From contig AP026123.1 of the NCBI GenBank assembly GCA_030295235.1, positions 2,604,001-2,668,000 of the forward strand: a stretch of DNA of 64,000 nucleotides. The letters run 5' to 3'. Numbering within the stretch: position 1 is the first letter of the stretch; each line of letters begins with the position of its first letter. The position numbers and the translations under genes were made by a program. Under the pieces are notes generated by a model. That model worked only from the letters and a program-made list of their open reading frames with translations, was not told the DNA's origin and did no database searches. This document shows positions 36,173 to 49,400 of the stretch, one piece after another. The stretch comes from Fistulifera solaris. Lineage: Eukaryota.

Positions 36173-37334
36173 ATGAGCGACGACGAAGCACCCGGGCACA
36201 AGCAAAAGGCTACGGTAGTCCGCAAGAAGACTTTAAGCAAGCGTGAGAAGAAGAAACTCGATGATGACGGCAAGCCGAAACGTCCTCTCAGCGCTTTTAA
36301 TCTCTTCTTTCGTGATGAGCGAGTCAGATGGAATGAAGAACAGGAAGCTGCTGGGGAGGTGTTGCATGCGAAAGGTACGTTCGAATGTGTGCTGCTGCTG
36401 CGGACGTTGACTCGTGGCTGATTGATACTTTCCTTTGCTGTCTTTCAAAGAACGCTTCCTTGCTCTCGGAAGAGCCATGAGCGCCCGCTGGATGGTTCTC
36501 CCGGGAGCTCAAAAGAAAGTCTACCAAGACGAAGCGGAAGCTGCCATGGAAAAGTACCGCGCCGAGATGGCTGCCTGGCAGTCGCAGCAGAAGGAGAAGC
36601 TCAAGGAAGCCAAGGTCAAAAAACCAGCGGCCCAACCGGCTCCAGAGATAATGAACGCCAAACCGCGGGGGCAGCAGATGAATAATAATCCAGCTGCTGG
36701 AATGCAGCCCGCGATGAACCAGCAAGGGCTCAATCCTCAGCTTGGTGGCATGCTCAATCAGAACCAACTCAGTATGCAGCAGCCGGGTATGGCGCAACTT
36801 TTTGGAGCAGGTGGTCTCGACCCCCAGATGCAACAGTTGCTCATGAACAATCAGGCCATGCTAGGCGGTATGGGCATGGGAGGCATGGGAATGGGCGGCT
36901 TTGGTGGACTCGGAGGAATGGGTGGTCTTCAAGGCGCGAACATGAACATGGGAGGCTTTGGCCTCGCGGGTGGCAACATGCAGTTCCCAGGAGGCAATAG
37001 CATGGGCATGTTCCAAAACGATCAGCTGGCACAGCTTCAGCTTCGTCAGCAGCAGTTGCAACAGCAGCAGCTTCAGCAACAACAACTTCAGCAGCAGCAA
37101 CTTCAACAACAACAGCTCCAGCAATTTGGCGGAATGCCACAACAACAGCTTGGTCTTCCGAATCAACAGCAGCAACAACACCAGCCACAGTTCGGCGGCT
37201 TGCATCAGAGCGGACTCAGTCCTCAGCTCGGGTCCATGGGTGGTGGCGATATGCAGCAACAACAGCTCTTGCAGGAGTATTTGCGTCAGCAGCAGCTTCA
37301 GCAACAGCAGCAACAACAACAGCAGGGAATGTGA
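36173..37334 (+). CDS. HMG-box protein with Q/M/G-rich low-complexity C-terminus; intron 36375-36450
   Basis: KPKRPLSAFNLFFRDER...FLALGRAMSARW...KKVYQDEAEAAMEKYRAEMAAW, followed by polyQ tracts. Confidence 0.92.
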
Positions 37335-38357
37335 ATATGATTGTGTGATGCGCGTAAAAAATGGTAAATCGTCTTTCTTTGTTGAAGCGGCATTTCATCG
37401 TCAAGGAAAACACTATCATTCGATGGAATCAGCTTGGGAATAAGCTTCTGGTATTGTCTAAAATTATATAAAATGAATGCATGCGTAAAATTTTGTTGTG
37501 TACGAATCTTTACTTATTTGCGATGTTGTCGCGTTTCTCAAAGCATTATTATTCCTCTACTAGGGGCTCGAATCTTTGCTGATACAACAAACAAAAATAG
37601 ACGCAACAAAAGCTCATGCACGAAACTGTTGTGTACAAGTCACCCTTTACCGAACACTAAATACGGAAAAGAAGCATCATTGTATCAGATTCTGCACTAC
37701 CCAAGGATCATAAACCGCAAAAGAGCGAGTCGATTTGCAGTCGACATCGCCATTTAGCAAGCATTCATTCGAAAGAAAGCCATACGATTGCTATGGAATC
37801 TAGCTCGACAAGCCGTTCGTAAGCGAATCAATACCTCCCATCGCTTAACGCTCTTCTTTCTGTTGACGACATTTACTGTTCCTTGTATTTAGATTGTTGC
37901 GAAGGAACAAAAGGAGGGAGGACGAGGTGGCGAAATCGTGAGTTACTGTAGCCGAAATGCGCGTAAGCCGGCCGGCGCAACGCCATTGTTACTATAGCAC
38001 AATATGAAGACTACTTTTCCAATCGAGCACTTTCTTGCTCAGTCACCAATTGAACAGCCTATGTAAAACGACTGGATAAAATCATCAACGGAAAACATGT
38101 GGGGAATTCTTTACACTGTTGACAACAGCATAATTTATACGTGCTTAATATGTATATTTTAACTAATTCACATTTTTGCGCTTGTTCCAACGAGCTGTTG
38201 GCCGAACGCCAAACGGCACAAGATCCGGCTTTGAAACAGAAAACTTGCAGTGCGACAACAAGCGACAAATTTGATTCTTCATTCATCGATCGCTCTATCC
38301 TTTCTTTCTTTATTAGAAAACAACACCGCGTGATTTGAATTATATTTGACAAGAAAA

Positions 38358-40175
38358 ATGTCTATTTGCTCGAAAAGTGAACAAAGCAGTCGCGTGGCGA
38401 AGGAGTTAGAGCTGTTGAAGCAGCAAAAATTAGCTCGTACTCGTCGCGAGTCGCTCAATGAATGTAAGTTGCGTCGTTTTTTCGTTTGTTTTTCCTAAAT
38501 ACAACCCATTGAAAGCTCATTTACTTTCTATAAACAGTATCATCAGCTCCTTTAACGACCCCAGAAGAAGCGCAAGCCTTCCTGGCGGCCATGCGCGACA
38601 AACAACACGAACGCAACATGTTGCACAACCCACCATCGACTGTCGGCGCCGATGGAGTCAGTGCTTGGTACAATCAGCAACGCAAGCGTGATGAAGAGCT
38701 TCGCAGAAAACGCAAAGAGGCTGAAGAAATGTTGCGCAACTATCGGGGAGGTCGCGCTTCGTATGGCGGTGCTTCCGTTTGTTCGAAAAGTGCGTCGCGT
38801 CACTGGGGATGATGATTTCACCACAGCATCGACTCGTGTGGAAGAACCGTTAGGTCGTGTCCGAGGCAGTAGTAGTGGTGATATGTCGGAATCCTTGCAC
38901 AATCCATATCGTCGTTCTCATCGACAGCACGATGACGATGACTACTATCGAGACGATGAGAAGAAAACAGACGATCATCGTCATCATAGAGCGGTACAGA
39001 ATGAGGCGCCCGTCACCGTCTGGAGAAATTTCATTTCCAAGTCGGCCAATAGCACCTTTCCTCCCGAAAAGAATCGCTATCATCTGTAAGTTTTGTTACG
39101 ATTGTGGCGCGATATGAGTATACTATTCAATGCCCTCATTTTCCTGGTTTGACACGACAGTTACTTGAGTTATGCCTGCCCTGGATCGCATCGTGCGTTG
39201 ATCGTGCGGACCTTGAAAGGACTCGAGGATGTGATAAGCGTCACGTTTGTTCATCCGACGTGGCGTCTCACGAATCCAAGAGATGAGAAAGACAAACATA
39301 GAGGATGGGTCTTTGGTGATCCCAGTGGACTGCCCTTTCAGAATACAATCGGTCGAGGTGGTCCCTTCCCATCCAGCTACACAAACAATGAACCGGACCC
39401 GATTTTTGGTGCCTATTCGATCCGTGAAATTTACGAGGAAGCAAACGATACCTCCGGAAAATACACGATTCCGTTGTTGTGGGACAAAAAGCTCAATACT
39501 ATTGTCAACAATGAATCATCGGATATCAGTTACATGCTCAACTCGTGCTTCAACGAGTTTGCACGCAATCCGGACTTCGACTTGTACACCGAATACGACG
39601 ACGCTGCGGCTCTCAAGTTGGAAAAAGTAAACGAATGGATCTCTCCCCTCATGATTCATGGCGTGTATCGATGCGGATTCGCCAAAACACAACGTGCGTA
39701 TGACAAGGCCATCAGTGAACTGTGTCGGGCGTTTGATCAAGCCGACGAATTGTTGTCCACGCAGCGCTATTTGACTGGAAATACGGTAACTGATGCCGAT
39801 ATTCGGTTGTTCGTTACACTTCTCCGGTTCGATGAGGTCTACGCTTTCTACTTTCGTGCCAATGCCCGTTTGGTCATGCTGACACCCAATCTTCTGAACT
39901 TTTGTCGTGACATCTACCAAATTCCCGGAATTGCGGCCACGTGTGACATGGAACAGATTAAAGCTCACTTCTACGGAAGCCATGCCGAATGGAACAAGTA
40001 CTCCGTCATTCCTCGTGGTCTTGGATTCATGGAATTATTGGACCAACCACACGACAGGGATCGATTGTCTCGGGACGATCCGTTCTTTGACGATTCCTTT
40101 GTGTCTCCTCGCCATCAGATGCTCCCCACCATTCCCACGTCCAGTACAAACCCTTATTACGATGATAGTGAATAA
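38358..40175 (+). CDS. Xi-class GST / glutathionyl-hydroquinone reductase (YqjG/ECM4-like) with long N-terminal extension; introns 38464-38537 and 39086-39160; apparent frameshift at ~38805
   Basis: [85 protein letters not shown]. Both GT-AG introns keep the frame. Confidence 0.9.
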
Positions 40176-40317
40176 AGTCAATGAAGCAGGGAAATAGAAC
40201 TATTAACTTTTTTATACGAGTATTCTAACACGGGGTTCTACATCAAGAGTTTTGCGTGTCCAGAAAATCTGGGTCAGTGCTGTAATGACGTACTCCGTAG
40301 TGATTGCTTATACTGAA

Positions 40318-41070
40318 GATGGTCCAGAATTTCTGGACCATCTCACATCTCATACAGAATTTCCGTCGGACGGCGCAGAATGCTCTTCCAGATTTTCTGG
40401 AGACGTCAAACAGAATTTCTGTCAGACGACGCAGAATGGTGAATGGTGGTCCAGAATTTCTGGACCCCTTCATACAGAATTTCTGTCCGAAGACGCAAAA
40501 TGGTGGTCCAGAATTTCTGGACCCCCTCATACAGAATTTCTGTCCGAAGACGCAAAATGGTGGTCCAGAATTTCTGGACCACTTCATACAGAATTTCTGT
40601 CAGACGACGCAGAATGGTCCAGAATTTCTGGACCACTTCATACAGAATTTCTGTCCGAAGACGCAAAATGGTGGTCCAGAATTTCTGGACCCCTTCATAC
40701 AGAATTTCTGTCCGAAGACGCAAAATGGTGGTCCAGAATTTCTGGACCCCTTCATACAGAATTTCTGTCCGAAGACGCAAAATGGTGGTCCAGAATTTCT
40801 GGACCCCTTCATACAGAATTTCTGTCCGAAGACGCAAAATGGTGGTCCAGAATTTCTGGACCCCTTCATACAGAATTTCTGTCGGAAGACGCAAAATGGT
40901 GGTCCAGAATTTCTGGACCCCTTCATACAGAATTTCTGTCCGAAGACGCAAAATGGTGGTCCAGAATTTCTGGACCCCTTCATACAGAATTTCTGTCAGA
41001 CGACGCAGAACGGTGGTCCAGAATTTCTGGACCACTTCAAACAGAATTTCTGTCACAGGACGCAGAATGG
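40318..41070 (+). repeat. 57-bp minisatellite (11 near-identical units from 40444 plus two degenerate units upstream) of the CCAGAATTTCTGG palindrome family
   Basis: Unit TGGTGGTCCAGAATTTCTGGACCCCTTCATACAGAATTTCTGTCCGAAGACGCAAAA; one 54-bp variant. Confidence 0.97.
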
Positions 41071-41844
41071 TTGTCGCACTTTTTTTGCGTTGTCGATCTG
41101 CCGCTCGGTGCGGATTGCGGATCGATGTTGAAGATCCACAGGAAGAGATTGGTCGGGTAGCAATCGACAGCAACATCCAAGAAGGCAGTGTCCCCAGATA
41201 CAGCGGAGTGAAAGTGGAGAAAGAGATTGATATCAACGAAGCTATTTTAGAAGGGGATGATGGATTTCAAGCCATCGCCCATCTGGATACTGTGGAGGAT
41301 TTAATGGAAATTGTTCACAATAGTTACGCTCTCTTGAAAGAATACGTGAGACGTATAAAGAATGTCAAACCTTGGGCTCTATGCATTTCTTGATGGAATG
41401 TGCGATGGTGAAGAATGAGGCTTCAGAGTGTGTCGTTTGGGCGGAGAATGAAATGATGATTCATAACGTCATCTTTCATTGATTTATCATGTTCTCGCGC
41501 TGGGGATAATCGCAGAATACGTAGCAGGCATCAACGAGCATTTAGAAAAGACAAAATTGTGGGAAAATCCACGCATGGAATTGCAATTTGTTGCTGAAGT
41601 TGTCGAGATTGCGTTTTATTCTGGTGGACGCGAGAAAGTTCTTCCTTCCATCCATCGCTTTACTAAGAAGTCAGGACTGGATCCAAAGTTTGTGGAAGAA
41701 GTCGCGAGACAAGTGAATAGGATGAGCGTTACTGAGACCTTGTTTGAGTGGTACAGAGGGAAAACGAATCTGTTTTCGGGTGAGACCATGTTTTTATTTA
41801 CTCCCATGGTGAGGCTTAGGGTAATTAAATGATGGCGAAAAATA

Positions 41845-42600
41845 TAATATCCGGGTTTCCCTCTGTCGATAAATTTCCCCACGGCGGCTACGTAAACATA
41901 CGCGTAGACACTAAAAGCGTTGTATCTTTGTCCAGTTTCGTGTTTTACTATCAGATCAAAGTCGGATATTGTTTTATCGCTCACATAACCGTTGATGGGC
42001 AAGGTATTGCTGACAGGTATTCAAAATACGCGAAAAAGGGTGTGAACGAAATTACACAATTTCCGGGTTCCCCCTCTGTCGATAAATTTCCTACGGGAAC
42101 TACGTGAAATTACGTAGACATTCGAAGCGTTGCATTTTTTGTTCTTTTTACTTTTTAAGGTATGTTTGCTGTTATTGATTGTTTCATTACACGAAAGCTG
42201 GCTATACATGTCCGAGAAAGTGATGATAGCGTTGATGCACAATAGAATTCACCTTGCGCGAGGCCACGTGAGGCTTCGCTACTTGCTATAGCGAAAAGTG
42301 TAGTCGGTTACTTAAATCGATAAATTTCTCACTAGGTTTAGGTGGAAAATACGTAGACTTTTGATGCCATGCGTTTGTCCTCATTTCTTAGCTTTGAATC
42401 GATTTTTTGATGCCAATTATTGATTACTGGTTTAAAGTGAATTTATTGATAAAAGTGGCGATTTCTTTTTCTGCATAGAGATGACTCAGCAGTACAGGAA
42501 TAACTAATTCTCCAATCTCCCACCACGTCTACGCACTGTAGACTTTTAAAGCTTTGAACCTTTCATGAATTTTGCTTTATCAGTTCTTAGTTTGAGGTTT
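41845..42600. repeat. Highly degenerate ~200-250-bp repeats (three or four copies; core TCGATAAATTTC...CGTAGAC)
   Basis: CCGGGTT(T)CCCCTCTGTCGATAAATTTCC-like sequence at ~41851 and ~42063, with weaker copies at ~42316 and ~42505. Confidence 0.65.
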
Positions 42601-42941
42601 TCATTGCTCTTCAGTTACTATTAACGAAAATTGATGAAAGTTAAAGTGAAGTTGGTGCAAAGCAGGCTTGATGTTGGTTTTAATAATTGAACACCATGTT
42701 GACTATTGATCAGAGTGTAAGCGACCTTTTGTCACGACTGCATTTCTGTCATGAGTCATGAATGAAATTATTTTCTTTTTATAACACAATAAACAACAAG
42801 CTGCAAAATCATTTTGTTGTTTCGCTGTTACTGACAGTAATGAATTGATAGGAGAGTTTCACTTATCTCTCTTAATAAAGGAAAGATATCAGGAAAGATC
42901 ATTGCGGAAAACGAGCTGCTTTGAAGCACAAACTACAAGAA

Positions 42942-44608
42942 ATGAGAGCTTCCAGTGCTCTCGAAACTACAGATGATATCGATTCTCATCCCCAAAGTCC
43001 TCATTCGTATGTTGCGGGCGAAAGCGAAGATCGATTGCATCATGTTGCTTCCTTATGGGGTCTAGCAGAACCGCGATTGCGTCGAAAACCCGTACGCAAC
43101 TGGTTTGCAGATAGTGTGACGATGCACATGCACAGTGTCGGTGCTTTATCACGTCACGAACGCTTGGATGCGACGGGAACTTTGCATTATGTGACCATTC
43201 GGAGGAGACGAAGACGACCCACAGTCGGAGATTCACCCACACCGCAATACGAAACCCTCACGGATCTCTTTCAGCCGCCACCGGCAGTCGTCTCGCCTGT
43301 CGAAGTCTCGGAAGAAGAGGAAATTATAGAAGAAGATGTGATTGTCGGAGGATCATTAGCAGCCGCTATGTTTGGTATTATTAAAGGCACCGTTGGTCCC
43401 GCTATTTTGTATTTACCCCACGGCGTCGTGCAATCCGGATACGCGGTCGCCATTCCTTCGATTGTTCTGGCGACTATCTTGTATTTGTATTCCGCGAATA
43501 CTTGTTTGTTGGAATGTTGGAACATCGAATCACGCAAACAACACGAAATGGCGACGGCCGTGGAAGAACTATTGGCTCTTGTGGCTGAGGAACGACCGGT
43601 AGCACCACCGAAACCGACACTCTTGACGTATCCGGAGTTGGCGCGACGGGCTTTGGGTCCTTATTCAATACTGACCGTCATGGGCATTGCGTTCTTTCAA
43701 TTGGGTGTCTGTTTGACGTATCTGATCTTTGTACCACACAATCTAATGCAATTGACACACAATAGTCTTCCTCGGGAAGTTTGGGTATGGACCATGGTGT
43801 TGGCGGAAATTCCGTTGGGTTGGTTGTCGGATATTAGAAGTTTGACGTGTACGAATATTCTGGCCACATTCTTGATTGCGTACGGACTAGTGGCTGTTTT
43901 ATCGTTGGCGATCCATCAAGGATGGGAGCGGGATCCTGACACGGACGAACGGCAATTTGTATCTCATTGGAAACAGCTCCCACCAGTCACTGAAGCATGG
44001 TTCTTATTTGTGGGGACATCCTTTTCATGATGGAAGGAGGCATTACATTGGTGGTACCTTTACAAGAAGCTGTGGCTAGCGCGGCAGATCGGAAACGGTT
44101 TCCTGCTGTCAATGCACACACGACATGGGGTATTGTGGTCTTTTATATTTTGTTTGCGTGTATCTGTGCCGCTGGTTTGGGTGGCGAAGGGTTAAGCACC
44201 GCACTGACGGCGAGTTTGCACGGTCGTGTTGCCAGCAGTGTTCAGTTGGCATATTCTGTAGCGGTCTTTTTTTCGTTTCCGTTGCAAGCCTTTCCGGCCC
44301 TGCAAGTGATCTGTCGGGCTCTGTTGGGGGAGCAGCCTTCACTGTGGTGGCGCGGTGTGTTGACGACCGTCATTACTTTACTATTGGGTGCGATTGCCAC
44401 CCTCGCAATTGATTATTTGGGCAATGTCGTGAGTCTGCTGGGAAGTATGTTTGGAATACCCTTGGCCTTGGTCTTTCCTCCCTTGATGCACAATCGTTTG
44501 GTCGGCGACCGTGTCAAGATGAACTATGTGGTGGTGTGTTTTGGTCTGTTTGCTATGGGAGCAGCATCGTATGCTACTGCCGCTTCTTGGGATCAAGAAG
44601 GCGGTTAA
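42942..44608 (+). CDS. AAAP / SLC36-like amino-acid transporter; apparent frameshift at 44022-44025
   Basis: IIKGTVGPAILYLPHG, TYPELARRALG, QLGVCLTYLIFV, GTSF(F)MMEGGITLVVPLQEA, FSFPLQAFPA, SLLGSMFGIPLALVFPP. Confidence 0.92.
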
Positions 44609-45370
44609 TGCATGCGGAATGCGTCACGCAGATGACTGAATTGATGGGTGATTTGTATTTTACTAGCTCAGCCAAACCCGCCCAAGTAACTAAAGTGTTC
44701 ATACAACCAATGTCTGTAATGCGCGCCATGTTTGACGGGATCTTAGTATTTCGACACACTCACGACTCAAGACCGTCTTCACTCTTCACGCACCGCATTA
44801 TCTTAGCTCAAAACGAAATACCCAGAACTGCGATGCAACCACATGACGCCAAGAACAAGGAGCCACGACTTGCTTAGCTCTCTCTAGAAACTAAAGAACT
44901 AAAATTATCGCTTGTGGCTCATATTATGCTCATCGCTCACTATCTCATCTATCACTATCTCATCTGACTTCTTGGCTTCCGCCTTGCATTGTACGGAGTA
45001 GTAAATAATAATCATAGATCACGATTCACGATTCACGATCTTTGGCACTGTTCCTCGATTTATTAGGACGGTTTCGTTCTTGTTTCTTCTTCTTCGTTTC
45101 CTATTTACTGCTTCCGAATGCCAGAAAGAGTTTTTCTTAACAGTGAACAAATTTCCTGCATGCAGTACTCTCCAACTTCCGAATTCAAGTACGGAGTAAT
45201 AAATAATGGATGACGCCCGTAGTAAACTTTACGTAAATCTGCATCAAGGTTCGATCCGCAACGAGCAACGACCTCTTTCACTGCTCTCACTTTTTCAAAT
45301 TTCGTGAAAGCGATATCCCTCACTCGTTGAAACTAAAACCAGCTTGGAAGATTTCTCTTTTGCCGACATC

Positions 45371-45867
45371 ATGTTCCGCAACATTGTCTCACTCTTCTTC
45401 CTCTCGTTTCTCATGACCGTCTTCTCGACGACGGCGTACGGGTATGAAGACTATGATGATTACTGGCATGGTGACCTGGTCTGTCTCGACTGGAAATTGA
45501 ACGCCAAGAAATTCAAAAGGCTTTCGCCAAGTGGAAAGCCCCTCCGTGCTACAGTTTCACCTTCTATGACGGAGCATCTGATTCCGATAAAAAGATCAAG
45601 CGAGTTATCAAAAACGGCAAGGCTTTGAACAAGAAACCCTACCGCGCCTTGCAGACCATCGACGACTTTTATAAGTTGATCAAAACGAAGTGCATTCAAG
45701 ACTGCCCCGACCATGGGGCATATCACTGTTACATTGAGTATGCGAAGGATCCAAAGAGTGGTTTGGTGTATCCTTCGTATGTGCAAATCCAGGAAGATCC
45801 TTACAACTTTGTTGATTATGTCAGTTATCACATTGAGGATTTTTGCGTCAAGAAGTGTGCCAAATGA
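45371..45867 (+). CDS. Small secreted protein, DUF6174-like; apparent frameshift at 45515-45518
   Basis: Signal peptide. Adding one A gives KAFAKWKAPPCYSFTF...VIKNGK...TIDDFYKLI...YAKDPKSGLVYPSYVQI...DYVSYHIEDF, which resembles the DUF6174 pattern as I recall it. Confidence 0.6.
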
Positions 45868-46407
45868 AAAGAGAATGAAGTTTGAATACACCGTAGAAAT
45901 AGGGTAAATACATTTAAATTTAATGCATGTTCAAAAACAGAGTGCGAGGCTTGTGTGTGTGCGTTCTAGTCTACTTGTAATTGCCAATACAGTAGTCTAG
46001 CCTTAGCTTTTTGTCGGTTGCTTTCCGTTCGGTACCAATGCGATGATCAACGGACTTTCCTATCAAATTAAACATACACTTATTTCATTCGTGAAACGTG
46101 TTATCGAGACATCTTGATCCAGTACCGTTTTGGCATTTGGCAAGATTGGGATCGTAGCAAGACTCAAAGGTGCACCGCCACCGCCGTGTCTTTGCCTTTT
46201 GCGCACCTTGCTATTTTCTTCTTTGTTGCAACTCAACAAAGACAAAAAAGATCGATCCCACATTCGGAACCTCTTTAAAAGGTACATCACCTTTCTTTGC
46301 CTTCTCATTCATTCCTTCATAAATTCAAAAAAGAAAGAGTTAAACTCACAATAAAGTTTAATATCACAAAACAAGCAACAATTTATAACCAAAACGAAGC
46401 ACACGTG

Positions 46408-49400
46408 ATGTTTCTTCAATCCTCGCTTCTCTTGTTTCTCTTCACATGCGGCTTGACACGAGCACAGACAACTACTACTACTACTACCAACGCAACAAAT
46501 GACTTTGCAGATTTCAATCAAATCTTTCAAGATGCGAAATTGCTATTACCCGATGCTGATATTAGTACGAATGGACTCGATCTCAATATTCGTGAATTGA
46601 TTTGCAGTCAAGTTGTCATTGACGACATGTCGGTCATCTCTCCTTCTTCTACTGTAAACCATACGATGGAATTGCAGGTTGATGTCACATTTTCACTCAC
46701 GTGTCAAGCAAATTATGCGTATTACTTTCCGCCCTTCTTTCGCGGGGATGGACGTGTCGCGGCCATGACACGTAGCAATCAATTTCAGACGCGCCTGACG
46801 TTTCAACACTCGTCGTCCGACACGGCCGTGACGGTCGATCTGTGTCAAGCACAAGTACAAATTTACGATTTGGATTTTCGGGGTGGTTTGGTGGCACGAT
46901 TGATCGAAGTCGCCGAAGGGCCCGTGGCGGATTTGTTGCAAAGTGAAATTCAAGATGCACTTTGTGAACAACTCAATACGAACGGCGGAGCGGCGCTCGA
47001 ACAAATACTCAATACATTTTTGCAGCGAGTCGACCCTTCAGCACCCGTTTTGTTGGCACCGAATTTAGCCGAAGCGCAAGTCTTGTCGTCCAGAAATGGG
47101 TTGTTTGATTTTCTCAAGTACGACTGGTTTGCGCAGGGCTTGGAGCAAGTCCAGCAGTTCTTGGGTGCTTCGGAAAGTGGTAGTCTAGGCATCAACTCCT
47201 TGTTGAGAAATCGTCTTTTGAACGATCAAGGCTTGTTGGTGGTGAATTTGAATGATGTCATGAAGAATACGACCATATTGTCATCGCACGGACGTTTGAC
47301 AAAATCATCCATCATACTTCAGAATTTGGAAATTCAAGGACTGGATAGTTTGACGCAATTCGATGCCTTGCAGGTGGTCAGCAATTATACGGTCCGTAAT
47401 ACGTTGCGATGGGAAGCCTTGCAAGTTCGAATACAGGCGCGGGTACTCATGCAAGCGTCGTCGCAAAACAATTCACTATTTGTGGTTGAGGGAAGGAACA
47501 TCGCCCAAAATGGTCGAAGAAGATATTGTCATTGAAGCCGGCCTCAATGATTTGGTCATGAATTTGAATTTACTGTTTGCTACCGAAGAATCGTTCTGGA
47601 AGAACATGCCCTTGGCCAATTTGCTCGATACGTCCACCGTCTACAATTGCTTTCTACAATCGATTCGAGTATGGAATGTTACACAATTCACCGCAACGGC
47701 GGGTTCCATTGTCAGACCCACCTTATCGGGATTTGTTGATGAAGGTTTGGATCGAATTGCTTCGTCAACCGTGGAAGCTTTTTGAATTTGTTCGAACCGA
47801 CTTTTCAAGCTGCCCTGCCCAATTTGGCGCACACGTTATTGCGCGATTGGATCAATACCGATTTGTTGCCGAATCTGCGACAGGATGTTCCATCGTGCCC
47901 GACGAGCGTGGCATGGCCGACGCCGGTGGTGGACTTTCGTGATTTGTTGTTGGCGCCGGAGCAATCGCAAGCGTTGGGTGGGAGTGGCGCACAGCCTTAC
48001 GGTGATCTCGTTCAATATGCGTACGACGCCGTCACGAAGAAGTTTGATCAAGTCGATGAATTGAATGATTTCTTGATTCGTCCCTTTACATCGAGTCAAT
48101 CGGGTGTCGCTGGTACGCTCGCACTCTTCCAAGAGAAAGGAAGCCTGGTGGTAGTCGACCATAGCCTCTTCGATTTGTTGCTCAGCGATTTGAAAATTCA
48201 AAATCTGGATACCATCCAGCACAATCCCATACAAGTACTGAATCCGACGAAAGATCCGACTGTACTTGAAAACGAAATTCAACTCGGCAATGGTACAATG
48301 ACAAATGTGGCATCGAACGCGTCTGCATTAACGTTCGCCTTTCAAACACAGTTTCGTTTAGGAGACTGGGTGCCACAACAACAAATCGGATTTTCGATTA
48401 CCATGCCCAAGGTGAAAGTCGATACATCGCTCAACTTGGCTATGAATTCCACTTTCGTATCGAATTTCCCTCTGGGTCACGTATCGAAAGTTGGATGTTG
48501 GATGAAATCGATCCGCAACGAAAAGAAGGACCTGATTCAAGCTTTGAGTTTGGATATGACTCCATGGCAGTGGCAAGCGCAGTGTGTGAACTGCTCGAGT
48601 GGCATTTTGTCGTCCGTACTGGAGAAGATGCAAACGTCGCGTATCTTGTCCGATCGGTGGCCTGCTTTGGTAACAGATCTATTACAAAGTAATTGGGTCG
48701 AAGAGTGGTTGCAATTTAAAGTGGATTCAGCGACGTGTTCCTTGGTCCCAAACATCAGCACAGCGGTCAGGCCGACAGGTATTCCTGTGCTGTCCAGTGA
48801 TTCATTGGACACTGCGCTGTTTACTGGTATCGTTTCGCTGTGGACCACGTTTTTCGTCGTAATGGAGGAACATGAGAAGCAACAGCTCACCAATCATACA
48901 ACAAATTCTTCGGGTACAGATGATACGAATCTTATTGATTTTACAAATTTAGGAAACTCCACTGGCTTGGGTAGCTTGGCCGACCAAGCATTACAACAAG
49001 GCCGGGCATATCTGTTGAGTAAAGACGAAAGCACACAAGAATTGAAGATCAATGCCTTGATGCGTGATTGGCTCCTTTCTAGCGAGGATGAAAGCGGTGA
49101 TTACGTGTTGCGCGTTCCCAACATGGAACAAGTTGTTTTCCAGCAAGAGAATGGCTTGTTGTTGAGGATAGACTCCTTGGCGGTGCGTGGACTTGACACG
49201 TTTACACAACTTGATTTGATGAAACCTGTCGACCCGCAAATCATTTCCAGCGCTTTGCAGATGCGAAACCTCTCATTGCGCGTTCAGGTGACCGCAGGTT
49301 ACAGCAATGGCCCTCAGCAAAATCTTACTTTTTCTATTGAATTGAAAGATTTGGAAATCGAGTTGGATATTTTTGCGGCTTTTCCTGTTGACTCGCTTGA

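Noticed and set aside
37040..37326. CAG/CAA microsatellite-like tracts
   Set aside because: They encode the polyQ region of the HMG-box protein.
40444..41070. CRISPR-like array (palindromic repeats at regular spacing)
   Set aside because: The intervening sequences are near-identical rather than unique spacers, there are no cas genes, and the context is eukaryotic. It is a minisatellite.
40243..41393. Long repeat-protein ORFs in several frames over the 57-bp array
   Set aside because: They follow automatically from a stop-free unit whose length is a multiple of 3; nothing favours one frame.
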